Source: the human T2T-CHM13v2.0 reference genome, Homo sapiens. From it: 64,000 nt of DNA. This document shows positions 15,801-31,184 of this stretch, piece after piece. The notes under the pieces are model-generated. The model was not told where the DNA came from. It was given only the letters and a program-made list of their open reading frames with translations, and ran no database searches. Positions within the stretch are counted from its first letter, which is position 1. Every line of letters begins with the position of its first letter. The stretch lies in assembly GCF_009914755.1 (NCBI RefSeq), contig NC_060940.1, one strand, 5' to 3'. The position numbers and the translations under genes were made by a program.

Positions 15801-18800
15801 TTCGATTCCATTCGATGATGATTCCCTTTGATTCCATTCAAAGATGATTCCATTCTAGCCCATTCAATCATTCCATTCGATTCTATTCAATGATGATTCC
15901 ATTCATGTCGATTTGGTGATTCCATTTGACTTCATTTGATGATGATTCCTTTCAAGTTCATTAGATGATTCCATTCGATTCCATTTGATGATCATCCCAT
16001 TCGAGTCCATTCAGTGATTCCACTCGTTTCCATTCCATGATGATTCCATTCCATTCCATTCAATGATTCCATTCGATTCCGTTTGATGATGATTTCATTC
16101 GAGTCCATTTGATGATTCCATTTGATTCCATTCGATGATGATTCCATTCGAGTCCATTCGATGATTCTATTCGAATCCATTTGATGATTTCTTTTGATTA
16201 TAGTTGGTGATGATTCCATTGGAGTCCATTCAATGATTCCATTCGATTCCAATCGATGATGATTCCATTAGAGTCCATTTAATGTTTCCATTTGATTCCA
16301 GTCTCTGATGATTACATTCGAGTCCATACAATGATTCCACTCAATTCCATATGATGATGATTCCATTTGATTCCATTCGGTGATTCCATTCTATTCTATT
16401 CAATGGTGATTCCATTCGAGTACATTAGATGATTCCATTCGATTCCATTCAATGATGATTCTATTTGTGTCCCTTAGATGATTCCACATGATTCCATTAG
16501 ATGATGATACTATTTGAGCCCATCCAATGATTCCCTTCGATTCCATTCGATGAGGATTCCATTCGATTCAATTCATTGGCGATTCTATTCAATTCAATTC
16601 TTTGATTTCATTCCATTCCATTCGACAATGATTCCATTCGATTTCTTTCGATGATTCCACTCGATTCCACTTGACATTGATTCCATTCGATTCCATTCAA
16701 TGATTCCATTTGATTCCAGTGGATGATGATTGCCATCGATTCCATTCGATCACTCCATTCTATTCCATTTGATGATGATTACATTCGATTCCATTTGATG
16801 ATTCCATCTGATTCTATTCGAGGATTCCATTTGATTCCATTCGATGATGATTCCATTCGAGTCCATTCGATGATTTCATTCGAGTACATCCAATGATTCC
16901 ATTCGAGTCCATTAGATGATTCCATTTGATTCCATTTGAAAATGATTCTACTAGAGTCCATTCAATGACTCCATTCGAGTCCATTCAACAATTCCATTCG
17001 ACTCCATTCGATGATTCCATTCGATTCCATTTGATGGTTCCATTCGAGTCCATTTAATCATTACAGTCGAGTCCATTTGGTGATTCCACTGGATTTCTTT
17101 TGATAATGATACCATTCAATTACATTTGATGATGATCCCATTCGATTTCATTTGATGATGATTCCATTAGAGTCCATTCGATGATTTCATTCGAGTCCCT
17201 TCATTGATTCCATCCGATTTCATTGGATGATGACTCCATTCGAGTCCATTCGATGATTCCACTCGATTCCATTAGATGATTCCATTGGAGTCCATTTGAT
17301 TGTTCCATTCGATTCCATTCGATTCCTTTCGAAGATTATTCCATTTGAGTCCATTCGATGATGATTCCATTCCATTCCATTCGATGATTCCGTTTGATTC
17401 CATTCGATGATTCCCTTCGATTCCTTTCTTTGATGATTCCATTCCATTCCATTCAATGATTCCATTCGAATCTATTCCATGATGATTCCTTTCGATTCCA
17501 TTCGCTGATGTTTCCGTTCAATTCCATTCGATGATGATTCCATTCGATTCCATTCATTGAGGATTCCATTTGATTCCATTCAATGACGATTCCATTCTAT
17601 TCCATTCAATGATTGCATTCAATTCCATTCAATGATTATCCCATTAGAGTAAACTCAACGATTCCATTCAATACCATTCGATGATGATTCCTTTTGAGTC
17701 CATTCAATGATTTCATTCAAGTCCATTTGATGATTCCTTTCAATTCCATTCTATGATGATTCCATTCGAGTCCATTCGATGATTCCATTCGATTGCATTC
17801 GATGATTCCATTATATTCCATTCAACGGTGATTCCATTCGAGTCCATTCGATGATTCCATTAGAGTATATTTAATGATTGCTTTGTTTTCAATTCGAAGA
17901 TGATTACATTGGATTCCATTCTATGATACCATTCGATTCCATTCAATGATGATTCCACTCAAATCCATTGGATGATTCCATTCGTGTCCATTCGGTGATT
18001 TCATTAGATTCCATTCGAGGATGATTCCATTCGATTCCATTCGATGATTCCATTCAATTCCATTCGATGATGATTCCATTCCAGTCCATATGATCATTCC
18101 ATTTGATTTCATTCGATGATGATTCCATTCGATTCCATTCGATGATTCCATTCTATTCCATTCGATGATGATTCCATTCGAGTCCATTCGATGATTCCAT
18201 TCGAGTCCATTTAATGATTCCATTGGGTTCAATTCAATGATGATTACATTGGATTCCGTTCTATGATTCCATTCAATTCCGTTCATTGACAATTTGATTC
18301 CATTCGGTGATGATTCCATTTGAGTTCATTCGATGATTCTATTCGATTCTCTTCGATGGTGATTCAATTCTATTATATTGGATGATTCCATTCGATTCCA
18401 TTTGATGTTGATTCAATTCGATTCTATTCGATGATGATTCCATTGGATTTCACTTGATGATTCTATTCGATTCCATTCAATGATGATTCACTTCTCGTCC
18501 ATTGGATGATTCCATTTCATTCCATTCGATGATGATTCCATTCGATTCCATTCGATGATTCCATTTGATTCCATGCGACGGTGAGCAATTCGATTCAATT
18601 CCATGATGATTCTATTTGATTCAATTAGATGATGTTTCCATTCGAATCCATTCCATGATTATTCCATTGGAATCCATTCGGCGATGATTCCATATGAGTC
18701 AATTCAATGATGATTCCATATGGGTCCGTTCGATGATAATTCCATTTGATTTCATTCGATGCTTCTATTCTATTCCAGTCGATGATGATTCCGTTGGAGT

Positions 18801-18990
18801 CCATACGATGATTCCATTTGATTTCATTTGATGATGATTCCATTCGATGATGATTACATTGGATTCCATTCTATGATTCCATTCAATTCCATTCGTTGAT
18901 GATTCGATTCCATTCAATGATGATTCCATTTGAGTTCATTCGATGATTCTATTCGATTCCGTTCGTTGGTGATTCAATTCTCTTATATTG
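12879..18990. repeat. 6.1-kb unit U3 (6,112 bp; full-length reference form)
   Basis: ORF landmarks 13014->19126 = 6,112. Confidence 0.9.
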
Positions 18991-21900
18991 GATGATTCCA
19001 GTCGATTCCATTTGATGATTATTCCATTGGAGTCCACTTAGTGAATCCTTTGGATTCTACTCGACGATGATTCCATTCGAGTCCATTCGATGATACCATT
19101 CAATTCCATTCGTTGATGCTTCCATTCAAGTGCATTCGATGATATCATTCGATTCCATTTGATGATAATTCCATTTGATTCCATGCGATGATTCTATTCG
19201 ATTCCATTCAATGATAATTCCATTCAATTCAGTGATTCCTCTGGACTCCATTTGATGATGATTCCATTCAATGATTCCATTCGATTCTATTCGAAAATGA
19301 TTCCATTTGAATCCATTTGATGATGATTCCATTAGATTCCATTTGATGATTCCATTCGATTCCATTCGACGATGATTCCATTCGATTCCGTTTGATGATT
19401 CCATTCTATTCTATTCGATGATGATTCCATTCGATTCCATTCGATGATGATTGGATTCGATTCCATTTGATGATTTCATTTGATTCCATTCGTTAATGAT
19501 TTCGATCAATTCCATTCGATGATTCCATTCGATAATGATTACATCCGAGTCCATTCGATGATTCCATTTGAGCCTGTTCGATAATTCCATTTGAGTCCAA
19601 CCAATGATTCCATTCATTTCCATTCAATGATTCCATTCGAGTCCATTTGATCATTCCGGTAGGGTCCATTCGATGTTGATTCCATTGGAGTGCATTCGAT
19701 GATTCCATTCGAGTCTATTTTAGGATTTGAATTGAGTCCTTTCGATGATTCCATTCGATTCCACTCGATGATGATTTCATTCGAGTCCATTCGACACTTC
19801 CAATCGATTCCATTTGATGATTCCATTCGAGTCCAATTGATGATTCCATTCAATTCCATTCGATGATGATTCCGTATGATTCCATTCTGTGATGATTCCA
19901 TGTGATTGCATTCAATGATGATTCCTTTCGATTGCATTCGATTATGATTCATTTCGTGTTCATTCTATGGTTCCACAGGTTTCCATTCGTGTCCATTCCA
20001 TTATTCCATTCTATTCCATTTGATGATGATTCCATTCGATTCCATTCATTGGTGATTCCACTCAATTCCATTCAATGATTCCATTCCATTTCTTTCAACA
20101 ATGATTCCATTAGTTTCTAATCGATGATCCACTTGATTCCATTTGACGACGATTCCATTCTTGTCCATTCGATGATTCCATTTGATTCCATATGATGATG
20201 ATTCCATTCGATTCCATACCATGATGATTCCATTCGAGTCCATTCAATGGTGATTCCATTCAATTCCATTCGATGATTCCTTTTGATTCCATTCGATGAT
20301 GATGGCATTCGATTCCTTTCAATCATTCCCTTTGATTCCATTCAAAGGTGATTTCATTCAAGTCCATTTGATAATTGCATTCGATTCCATTCTATGATGA
20401 TTCCATTCGAGTCCATTTGATGATTCCATTCAATTCAAGTCAATGATGATTCCATTCGATTCCATTCGATGATTCCATTGGATTCCATTCGATGATGATT
20501 CCATTCAAATCCATTCGATAATTCAATTCAAGTCCATTCGATGATGATTCCAATCGAATCCATTCAAAGATTCCATTCAGTTCCATTCGATGATTCCCTT
20601 AGATTCCATTCGATGATTCCACTTGATTGCATTTACGATGATTCCATTCGATTCCATGTGATGATTCCATTCAATTCTATTCAATGATGTCTCCATTTGA
20701 TTCCATTCGACCATGATTGCCTTTGATTCCATTCAATGATTCCATTCGGTTCCGTTTGATGATGATTCCGTTCGATTCCATTTGATGATTCCATTTGATT
20801 CCATTGGATGAGTCCATTCGATTACATTCGATGATTATTCCATTCGAGTGCATTAGATGATTCCATTCGAGTCCATTCGATGATTCCATTCGATTCCATT
20901 CGATGTTGATTCTGTTCAAATCCATTCGATGATTCCACTCGATTCCATTCGTTGACTCCATTTGATCCCATTCGATGATTTCCTTTGATTCCCTTTGATG
21001 ATCATTCCATTTGATTCAATTCGGTGATTTCATTTGATTCCATTCAGTGATGTTTCCATTCGACTCCATTCGATGATGATTCCATTCGACTCCATTCGAT
21101 TATGATTTCATTCAATTCCATTCGATAATGATTCCCTTCGAGTCCATTCGATGATTCCATTCGATTCCATTCAACGATGATTTGATTCGTGTCCATTCGA
21201 TGATTCCATTTGATTCCACTTGATGATGATTCCATTCGAGTCCATTTGATGATTCCATTCAATTCCATACTCCGATGATTTCTTTTGAGCCCACTCAATG
21301 CTTCCACTCGATTCCATATGATGATGACTCCATTCGATGAAATTCGATGATGATTCCATTCGCTTGCTTTCGATGATGATTCCACTTGAGTCCGTTAGAA
21401 GATTCTATTCAATTACATTCCAGGACGATTCCGTTCGAGTCCATTTGATGATTCCATTAGACTCCATTCGACGATGATTCCATTCGATGTTATTCGATGA
21501 TTCCATTCGATCTCATTCGATGATGATTCCATTCAACTCCATTCGATGTTTCCATTCGAGTTCATTCTATTATTCCATTAGATTCCATTCGATGATGATT
21601 CCATTCGATTCCATTTGATGATTGCATTCTATTTCATTTGATGATGATTCCATTCGAGTCCACTCGATGATTCCATTCGAGTCCATTTAATGAATCCATT
21701 GGTTTCAATTCTATGATGATTACATTGGATTCCATTCGTTGATGATTTCATTCGGTTCCATTCAATGATGATTCCATTCAATTCCTTTCAATGTTTCCAT
21801 TCAATTCCATACGATGATGATTCCATTTGATTTGATTCGACAGTGAGCCATTCGATTCAATTCCATGATGATTCTATTTGATTCAATTGGTTGACATTTC

Positions 21901-24900
21901 CATTCGATTCCATTCGATGATGATTCCCTTTGATTCCATTCAAAGATGATTCCATTCTAGCCCATTCAATCATTCCATTCGATTCTATTCAATGATGATT
22001 CCATTCATGTCGATTTGGTGATTCCATTTGACTTCATTTGATGATGATTCCTTTCAAGTTCATTAGATGATTCCATTCGATTCCATTTGATGATCATCCC
22101 ATTCGAGTCCATTCAGTGATTCCACTCGTTTCCATTCCATGATGATTCCATTCCATTCCATTCAATGATTCCATTCGATTCCGTTTGATGATGATTTCAT
22201 TCGAGTCCATTTGATGATTCCATTTGATTCCATTCGATGATGATTCCATTCGAGTCCATTCGATGATTCTATTCGAATCCATTTGATGATTTCTTTTGAT
22301 TATAGTTGGTGATGATTCCATTGGAGTCCATTCAATGATTCCATTCGATTCCAATCGATGATGATTCCATTAGAGTCCATTTAATATTTCCATTTGATTC
22401 CAGTCTCTGATGATTACATTCGAGTCCATACAATGATTCCACTCAATTCCATATGATGATGATTCCATTTGATTCCATTCGGTGATTCCATTCTATTCTA
22501 TTCAATGGTGATTCCATTCGAGTACATTAGATGATTCCATTCGATTCCATTCAATGATGATTCTATTTGTGTCCCTTAGATGATTCCACATGATTCCATT
22601 AGATGATGATACTATTTGAGCCCATCCAATGATTCCCTTCGATTCCATTCGATGAGGATTCCATTCGATTCAATTCATTGGCGATTCTATTCAATTCAAT
22701 TCTTTGATTTCATTCCATTCCATTCGACAATGATTCCATTCGATTTCTTTCGATGATTCCACTCGATTCCACTTGACATTGATTCCATTCGATTCCATTC
22801 AATGATTCCATTTGATTCCAGTGGATGATGATTGCCATCGATTCCATTCGATCACTCCATTCTATTCCATTTGATGATGATTACATTCGATTCCATTTGA
22901 TGATTCCATCTGATTCTATTCGAGGATTCCATTTGATTCCATTCGATGATGATTCCATTCGAGTCCATTCGATGATTTCATTCGAGTACATCCAATGATT
23001 CCATTCGAGTCCATTAGATGATTCCATTTGATTCCATTTGAAAATGATTCTACTAGAGTCCATTCAATGACTCCATTCGAGTCCATTCAACAATTCCATT
23101 CGACTCCATTCGATGATTCCATTCGATTCCATTTGATGGTTCCATTCGAGTCCATTTAATCATTACAGTCGAGTCCATTTGGTGATTCCACTGGATTTCT
23201 TTTGATAATGATACCGTTCAATTACATTTGATGATGATCCCATTCGATTTCATTTGATGATGATTCCATTAGAGTCCATTCGATGATTTCATTCGAGTCC
23301 CTTCATTGATTCCATCCGATTTCATTGGATGATGACTCCATTCGAGTCCATTCGATGATTCCACTCGATTCCATTAGATGATTCCATTGGAGTCCATTTG
23401 ATTGTTCCATTCGATTCCATTCGATTCCTTTCGAAGATTATTCCATTTGAGTCCATTCGATGATGATTCCATTCCATTCCATTCGATGATTCCGTTTGAT
23501 TCCATTCGATGATTCCCTTCGATTCCTTTCTTTGATGATTCCATTCCATTCCATTCAATGATTCCATTCGAATCTATTCCATGATGATTCCTTTCGATTC
23601 CATTCGCTGATGTTTCCGTTCAATTCCATTCGATGATGATTCCATTCGATTCCATTCATTGAGGATTCCATTTGATTCCATTCAATGACGATTCCATTCT
23701 ATTCCATTCAATGATTGCATTCAATTCCATTCAATGATTATCCCATTAGAGTAAACTCAACGATTCCATTCAATACCATTCGATGATGATTCCTTTTGAG
23801 TCCATTCAATGATTTCATTCAAGTCCATTTGATGATTCCTTTCAATTCCATTCTATGATGATTCCATTCGAGTCCATTCGATGATTCCATTCGATTGCAT
23901 TCGATGATTCCATTATATTCCATTCAACGGTGATTCCATTCGAGTCCATTCGATGATTCCATTAGAGTATATTTAATGATTGCTTTGTTTTCAATTCGAA
24001 GATGATTACATTGGATTCCATTCTATGATACCATTCGATTCCATTCAATGATGATTCCACTCAAATCCATTGGATGATTCCATTCGTGTCCATTCGGTGA
24101 TTTCATTAGATTCCATTCGAGGATGATTCCATTCGATTCCATTCGATGATTCCATTCAATTCCATTCGATGATGATTCCATTCCAGTCCATATGATCATT
24201 CCATTTGATTTCATTCGATGATGATTCCATTCGATTCCATTCGACGATTCCATTCTATTCCATTCGATGATGATTCCATTCGAGTCCATTCGATGATTCC
24301 ATTCGAGTCCATTTAATGATTCCATTGGGTTCAATTCAATGATGATTACATTGGATTCCGTTCTATGATTCCATTCAATTCCGTTCATTGACAATTTGAT
24401 TCCATTTGATGATGATTCCATTTGAGTTCATTCGATGATTCTATTCGATTCTCTTCGATGGTGATTCAATTCTATTATATTGGATGATTCCATTCGATTC
24501 CATTTGATGTTGATTCAATTCGATTCTATTCGATGATGATTCCATTGGATTTCACTTGATGATTCTATTCGATTCCATTCAATGATGATTCACTTCTCGT
24601 CCATTGGATGATTCCATTTCATTCCATTCGATGATGATTCCATTCGATTCCATTCGATGATTCCATTTGATTCCATGCGACGGTGAGCAATTCGATTCAA
24701 TTCCATGATGATTCTATTTGATTCAATTAGATGATGTTTCCATTCGAATCCATTCCATGATTATTCCATTGGAATCCATTCGGCGATGATTCCATATGAG
24801 TCAATTCAATGATGATTCCATATGGGTCCGTTCGATGATAATTCCATTTGATTTCATTCGATGCTTCTATTCTATTCCAGTCGATGATGATTCCGTTGGA

Positions 24901-25092
24901 GTCCATACGATGATTCCATTTGATTTCATTTGATGATGATTCCATTCGATGATGATTACATTGGATTCCATTCTATGATTCCATTCAATTCCATTCGTTG
25001 ATGATTCGATTCCATTCAATGATGATTCCATTTGAGTTCATTCGATGATTCTATTCGATTCCGTTCGTTGGTGATTCAATTCTCTTATATTG
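18991..25092. repeat. 6.1-kb unit U4 (6,102 bp; 10-bp deletion near 19525)
   Basis: 19126->25228 = 6,102. One gattccattc is lost before gataatgattacatcc. Confidence 0.9.
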
Positions 25093-28000
25093 GATGATTC
25101 CAGTCGATTCCATTTGATGATTATTCCATTGGAGTCCACTTAGTGAATCCTTTGGATTCTACTCGACGATGATTCCATTCGAGTCCATTCGATGATACCA
25201 TTCAATTCCATTCGTTGATGCTTCCATTCAAGTGCATTCGATGATATCATTCGATTCCATTTGATGATAATTCCATTTGATTCCATGCGATGATTCTATT
25301 CGATTCCATTCAATGATAATTCCATTCAATTCAGTGATTCCTCTGGACTCCATTTGATGATGATTCCATTCAATGATTCCATTCGATTCTATTCGAAAAT
25401 GATTCCATTTGAATCCATTTGATGATGATTCCATTAGATTCCATTTGATGATTCCATTCGATTCCATTCGACGATGATTCCATTCGATTCCGTTTGATGA
25501 TTCCATTCTATTCTATTCGATGATGATTCCATTCGATTCCATTCGATGATGATTGGATTCGATTCCATTTGATGATTTCATTTGATTCCATTCGTTAATG
25601 ATTTCGATCAATTCCATTCGATGATTCCATTCGATAATGATTACATCCGAGTCCATTCGATGATTCCATTTGAGCCTGTTCGATAATTCCATTTGAGTCC
25701 AACCAATGATTCCATTCATTTCCATTCAATGATTCCATTCGAGTCCATTTGATCATTCCGGTAGGGTCCATTCGATGTTGATTCCATTGGAGTGCATTCG
25801 ATGATTCCATTCGAGTCTATTTTAGGATTTGAATTGAGTCCTTTCGATGATTCCATTCGATTCCACTCGATGATGATTTCATTCGAGTCCATTCGACACT
25901 TCCAATCGATTCCATTTGATGATTCCATTCGAGTCCAATTGATGATTCCATTCAATTCCATTCGATGATGATTCCGTATGATTCCATTCTGTGATGATTC
26001 CATGTGATTGCATTCAATGATGATTCCTTTCGATTGCATTCGATTATGATTCATTTCGTGTTCATTCTATGGTTCCACAGGTTTCCATTCGTGTCCATTC
26101 CATTATTCCATTCTATTCCATTTGATGATGATTCCATTCGATTCCATTCATTGGTGATTCCACTCAATTCCATTCAATGATTCCATTCCATTTCTTTCAA
26201 CAATGATTCCATTAGTTTCTAATCGATGATCCACTTGATTCCATTTGACGACGATTCCATTCTTGTCCATTCGATGATTCCATTTGATTCCATATGATGA
26301 TGATTCCATTCGATTCCATACCATGATGATTCCATTCGAGTCCATTCAATGGTGATTCCATTCAATTCCATTCGATGATTCCTTTTGATTCCATTCGATG
26401 ATGATGGCATTCGATTCCTTTCAATCATTCCCTTTGATTCCATTCAAAGGTGATTTCATTCAAGTCCATTTGATAATTGCATTCGATTCCATTCTATGAT
26501 GATTCCATTCGAGTCCATTTGATGATTCCATTCAATTCAAGTCAATGATGATTCCATTCGATTCCATTCGATGATTCCATTGGATTCCATTCGATGATGA
26601 TTCCATTCAAATCCATTCGATAATTCAATTCAAGTCCATTCGATGATGATTCCAATCGAATCCATTCAAAGATTCCATTCAGTTCCATTCGATGATTCCC
26701 TTAGATTCCATTCGATGATTCCACTTGATTGCATTTACGATGATTCCATTCGATTCCATGTGATGATTCCATTCAATTCTATTCAATGATGTCTCCATTT
26801 GATTCCATTCGACCATGATTGCCTTTGATTCCATTCAATGATTCCATTCGGTTCCGTTTGATGATGATTCCGTTCGATTCCATTTGATGATTCCATTTGA
26901 TTCCATTGGATGAGTCCATTCGATTACATTCGATGATTATTCCATTCGAGTGCATTAGATGATTCCATTCGAGTCCATTCGATGATTCCATTCGATTCCA
27001 TTCGATGTTGATTCTGTTCAAATCCATTCGATGATTCCACTCGATTCCATTCGTTGACTCCATTTGATCCCATTCGATGATTTCCTTTGATTCCCTTTGA
27101 TGATCATTCCATTTGATTCAATTCGGTGATTTCATTTGATTCCATTCAGTGATGTTTCCATTCGACTCCATTCGATGATGATTCCATTCGACTCCATTCG
27201 ATTATGATTTCATTCAATTCCATTCGATAATGATTCCCTTCGAGTCCATTCGATGATTCCATTCGATTCCATTCAACGATGATTTGATTCGTGTCCATTC
27301 GATGATTCCATTTGATTCCACTTGATGATGATTCCATTCGAGTCCATTTGATGATTCCATTCAATTCCATACTCCGATGATTTCTTTTGAGCCCACTCAA
27401 TGCTTCCACTCGATTCCATATGATGATGACTCCATTCGATGAAATTCGATGATGATTCCATTCGCTTGCTTTCGATGATGATTCCACTTGAGTCCGTTAG
27501 AAGATTCTATTCAATTACATTCCAGGACGATTCCGTTCGAGTCCATTTGATGATTCCATTAGACTCCATTCGACGATGATTCCATTCGATGTTATTCGAT
27601 GATTCCATTCGATCTCATTCGATGATGATTCCATTCAACTCCATTCGATGTTTCCATTCGAGTTCATTCTATTATTCCATTAGATTCCATTCGATGATGA
27701 TTCCATTCGATTCCATTTGATGATTGCATTCTATTTCATTTGATGATGATTCCATTCGAGTCCACTCGATGATTCCATTCGAGTCCATTTAATGAATCCA
27801 TTGGTTTCAATTCTATGATGATTACATTGGATTCCATTCGTTGATGATTTCATTCGGTTCCATTCAATGATGATTCCATTCAATTCCTTTCAATGTTTCC
27901 ATTCAATTCCATACGATGATGATTCCATTTGATTTGATTCGACAGTGAGCCATTCGATTCAATTCCATGATGATTCTATTTGATTCAATTGGTTGACATT

Positions 28001-31000
28001 TCCATTCGATTCCATTCGATGATGATTCCCTTTGCTTCCATTCAAAGATGATTCCATTCTAGCCCATTCAATCATTCCATTCGATTCTATTCAATGATGA
28101 TTCCATTCATGTCGATTTGGTGATTCCATTTGACTTCATTTGATGATGATTCCTTTCAAGTTCATTAGATGATTCCATTCGATTCCATTTGATGATGATC
28201 CCATTCGAGTCCATTCAGTGATTCCATTCGTTTCCATTCCATGATGATTCCATTCCATTCCATTCAATGATTCCATTCGATTCCGTTTGATGATGATTTC
28301 ATTCGAGTCCATTTGATGATTCCATTTGATTCCATTCGATGATGATTCCATTCGAGTCCATTCGATGATTCTATTCGAATCCATTTGATGATTTCTTTTG
28401 ATTATAGTTGGTGATGATTCCATTGGAGTCCATTCAATGATTCCATTTGATTCCAATCGATGATGATTCCATTAAAGTCCATTTAATGTTTCCATTTGAT
28501 TCCAGTCTCTGATGATTACATTCGAGTCCATACGATGATTCCACTCAATTCCATATGATGATGATTCCATTTGATTCCATTCGGTGATTCCATTCTATTC
28601 TATTCAATGGTGATTCCATTCGAGTACATTAGATGATTCCATTCGATTCCATTCAATGATGATTCTATTTGTGTCCCTTAGATGATTCCACATGATTCCA
28701 TTAGATGATGATACTATTTGAGCCCATCCAATGATTCCCTTCGATTCCATTCGATGAGGATTCCATTCGATTCAATTCATTGGTGATTCTATTCAATTCA
28801 ATTCTTTGATTCCATTCCATTCCATTCGACAATGATTCCATTCGATTTCTTTCGATGATTCCACTCGATTCCACTTGACATTGATTCCATTCGATTCCAT
28901 TCAATGATTCCATTTGATTCCAGTGGATGATGATTGCCATCGATTCCATTCGATCACTCCATTCTATTCCATTTGATGATGATTACATTCGATTCCATTT
29001 GATGATTCCATCTGATTCTATTCGAGGATTCCATTTGATTCCATTCGATGATGATTCCATTCGAGTCCATTCGATGATTTCATTCGAGTACATCCAATGA
29101 TTCCATTTGAGTCCATTAGATGATTCCATTTGATTCCATTTGAAAATGATTCTACTAGAGTCCATTCAATGACTCCATTCGAGTCCATTCAACAATTCCA
29201 TTCGATGATTCCATTCGATTCCATTTGATGGTTCCATTCGAGTCCATTTAATCATTACAGTCGAGTCCATTTGGTGATTCCACCGGATTTCTTTTGATAA
29301 TGATACCATTCAATTACATTTGATGATGATCCCATTCAATTTCATTTGATGATGATTCCCTTAGAGTCCATTCGATGATTTCATTCGAGTCCTTTCATTG
29401 ATTCCATCCGATTTCATTTTATGATGACTCCATTCGAGTCCATTCGATGATTCCACTCGATTCCATTAGATGATTCCATTGGAGTCCATTTGATTGTTCC
29501 ATTCGATTCCATTCGATTCCTTTCGAAGATTATTCCATTTGAGTCCATTCGATGATGATTCCATTCCATTCCATTCGATGATTCCGTTTGATTCCATTCG
29601 ATGATTCCCTTCGATTCCTTTCTTTGATGATTCCATTCCATTCCATTCAATGATTCCATTCGAATCTATTCCATGATGATTCCTTTCGATTCCATTCGCT
29701 GATGTTTCCGTTCAATTCCATTCGATGATGATTCCATTCGATTCCATTCATTGAGGATTCCATTTGATTCCATTCAATGATGATTCCATTCTATTCCATT
29801 CAATGATTGCATTCAATTCCATTCAATGATTATCCCATTAGAGTAAACTCAACGATTCCATTCAATACCATTCGATGATGATTCCTTTTGAGTCCATTCA
29901 ATGATTTCATTCAAGTCCATTTGATGATTCCTTTCAATTCCATTCTATGATGATTCCATTCGAGTCCATTCGATGATTCCATTCGATTGCATTCGATGAT
30001 TCCATTATATTCCATTCAACGATGATTCCATTCGAGTCCATTCGATGATTCCATTAGAGTACATTTAATGATTGCTTTGTTTTCAATTCGAAGATGATTA
30101 CATTCGATTCCATTCTATGATACCATTCGATTCCATTCAATGATGACTCCACTCAAATCCATTGGATGATTCCATTCGTGTCCATTCGGTGATTTCATTA
30201 GATTCCATTCGAGGATGATTCCATTCGATTCCATTCGATGATTCCATTCAATTCCATTCGATGATGATTCCATTCGAGTCCATATGATCATTCCATTTGA
30301 TTTCATTCGATGATGATTCCATTCGATTCCATTCGATGATTCCATTCTATTCCATTCGATGATGATTCCATTCGAGTCCATTCGATCATTCCATTCGAGT
30401 CCATTTAATGATTCCATTGGGTTCAATTCAATGATGATTACATTGGATTCCGTTCTATGATTCCATTCAATTCCGTTCATTGACAATTTGATTCCATTCG
30501 ATGATGATTCCATTTGAGTTCATTCGATTATTCTATTCGATTTTCTTCGATGGTGATTCAATTCTATTATATTGGATGATTCCATTCGATTCCATTTGAT
30601 GTTGATTCAATTCGATTCTATTCGATGATGATTCCATTGGATTTCACTTGATGATTCTATTCGATTCCATTCAATGATGATTCACTTCTCGTCCATTGGA
30701 TGATTCCATTTCATTCCATTCGATGATGATTCCATTCGATTCCATTCGATGATTCCATTTGATTCCATGCGACGGTGAGCAATTCGATTCGATTCCATGA
30801 TGATTCTATTTCATTCAATTAGATGATGTTTCCATTCGAATCCATTCCATGATTATTCCATTGGAATCCATTTGGCGATGATTCCATATAAGTCAATTCA
30901 ATGATGATTCCATATGGGTCCGTTCGATGATAATTCCATTTGATTTCATTTGATGCTTCTATTCAATTCCAGTCGATGATGATTCCGTTGGAGTCCATAC

Positions 31001-31184
31001 GATGATTCCATTTGATTTCATTTCATGATGATTCCATTCGATGATGATTACATTGGATTCCATTCTATGATTCCATTCAATTCCATTCGTTGATGATTCG
31101 ATTCCATTCAATGATGATTCCATTTGAGTTCATTCGATGATTCTATTCGATTCCATTCTATGGTGATTCAATTCTCTTATATTG
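25093..31184. repeat. 6.1-kb unit U5 (6,092 bp; 10-bp deletions near 25625 and 29200)
   Basis: 25228->31320 = 6,092. Confidence 0.88.
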
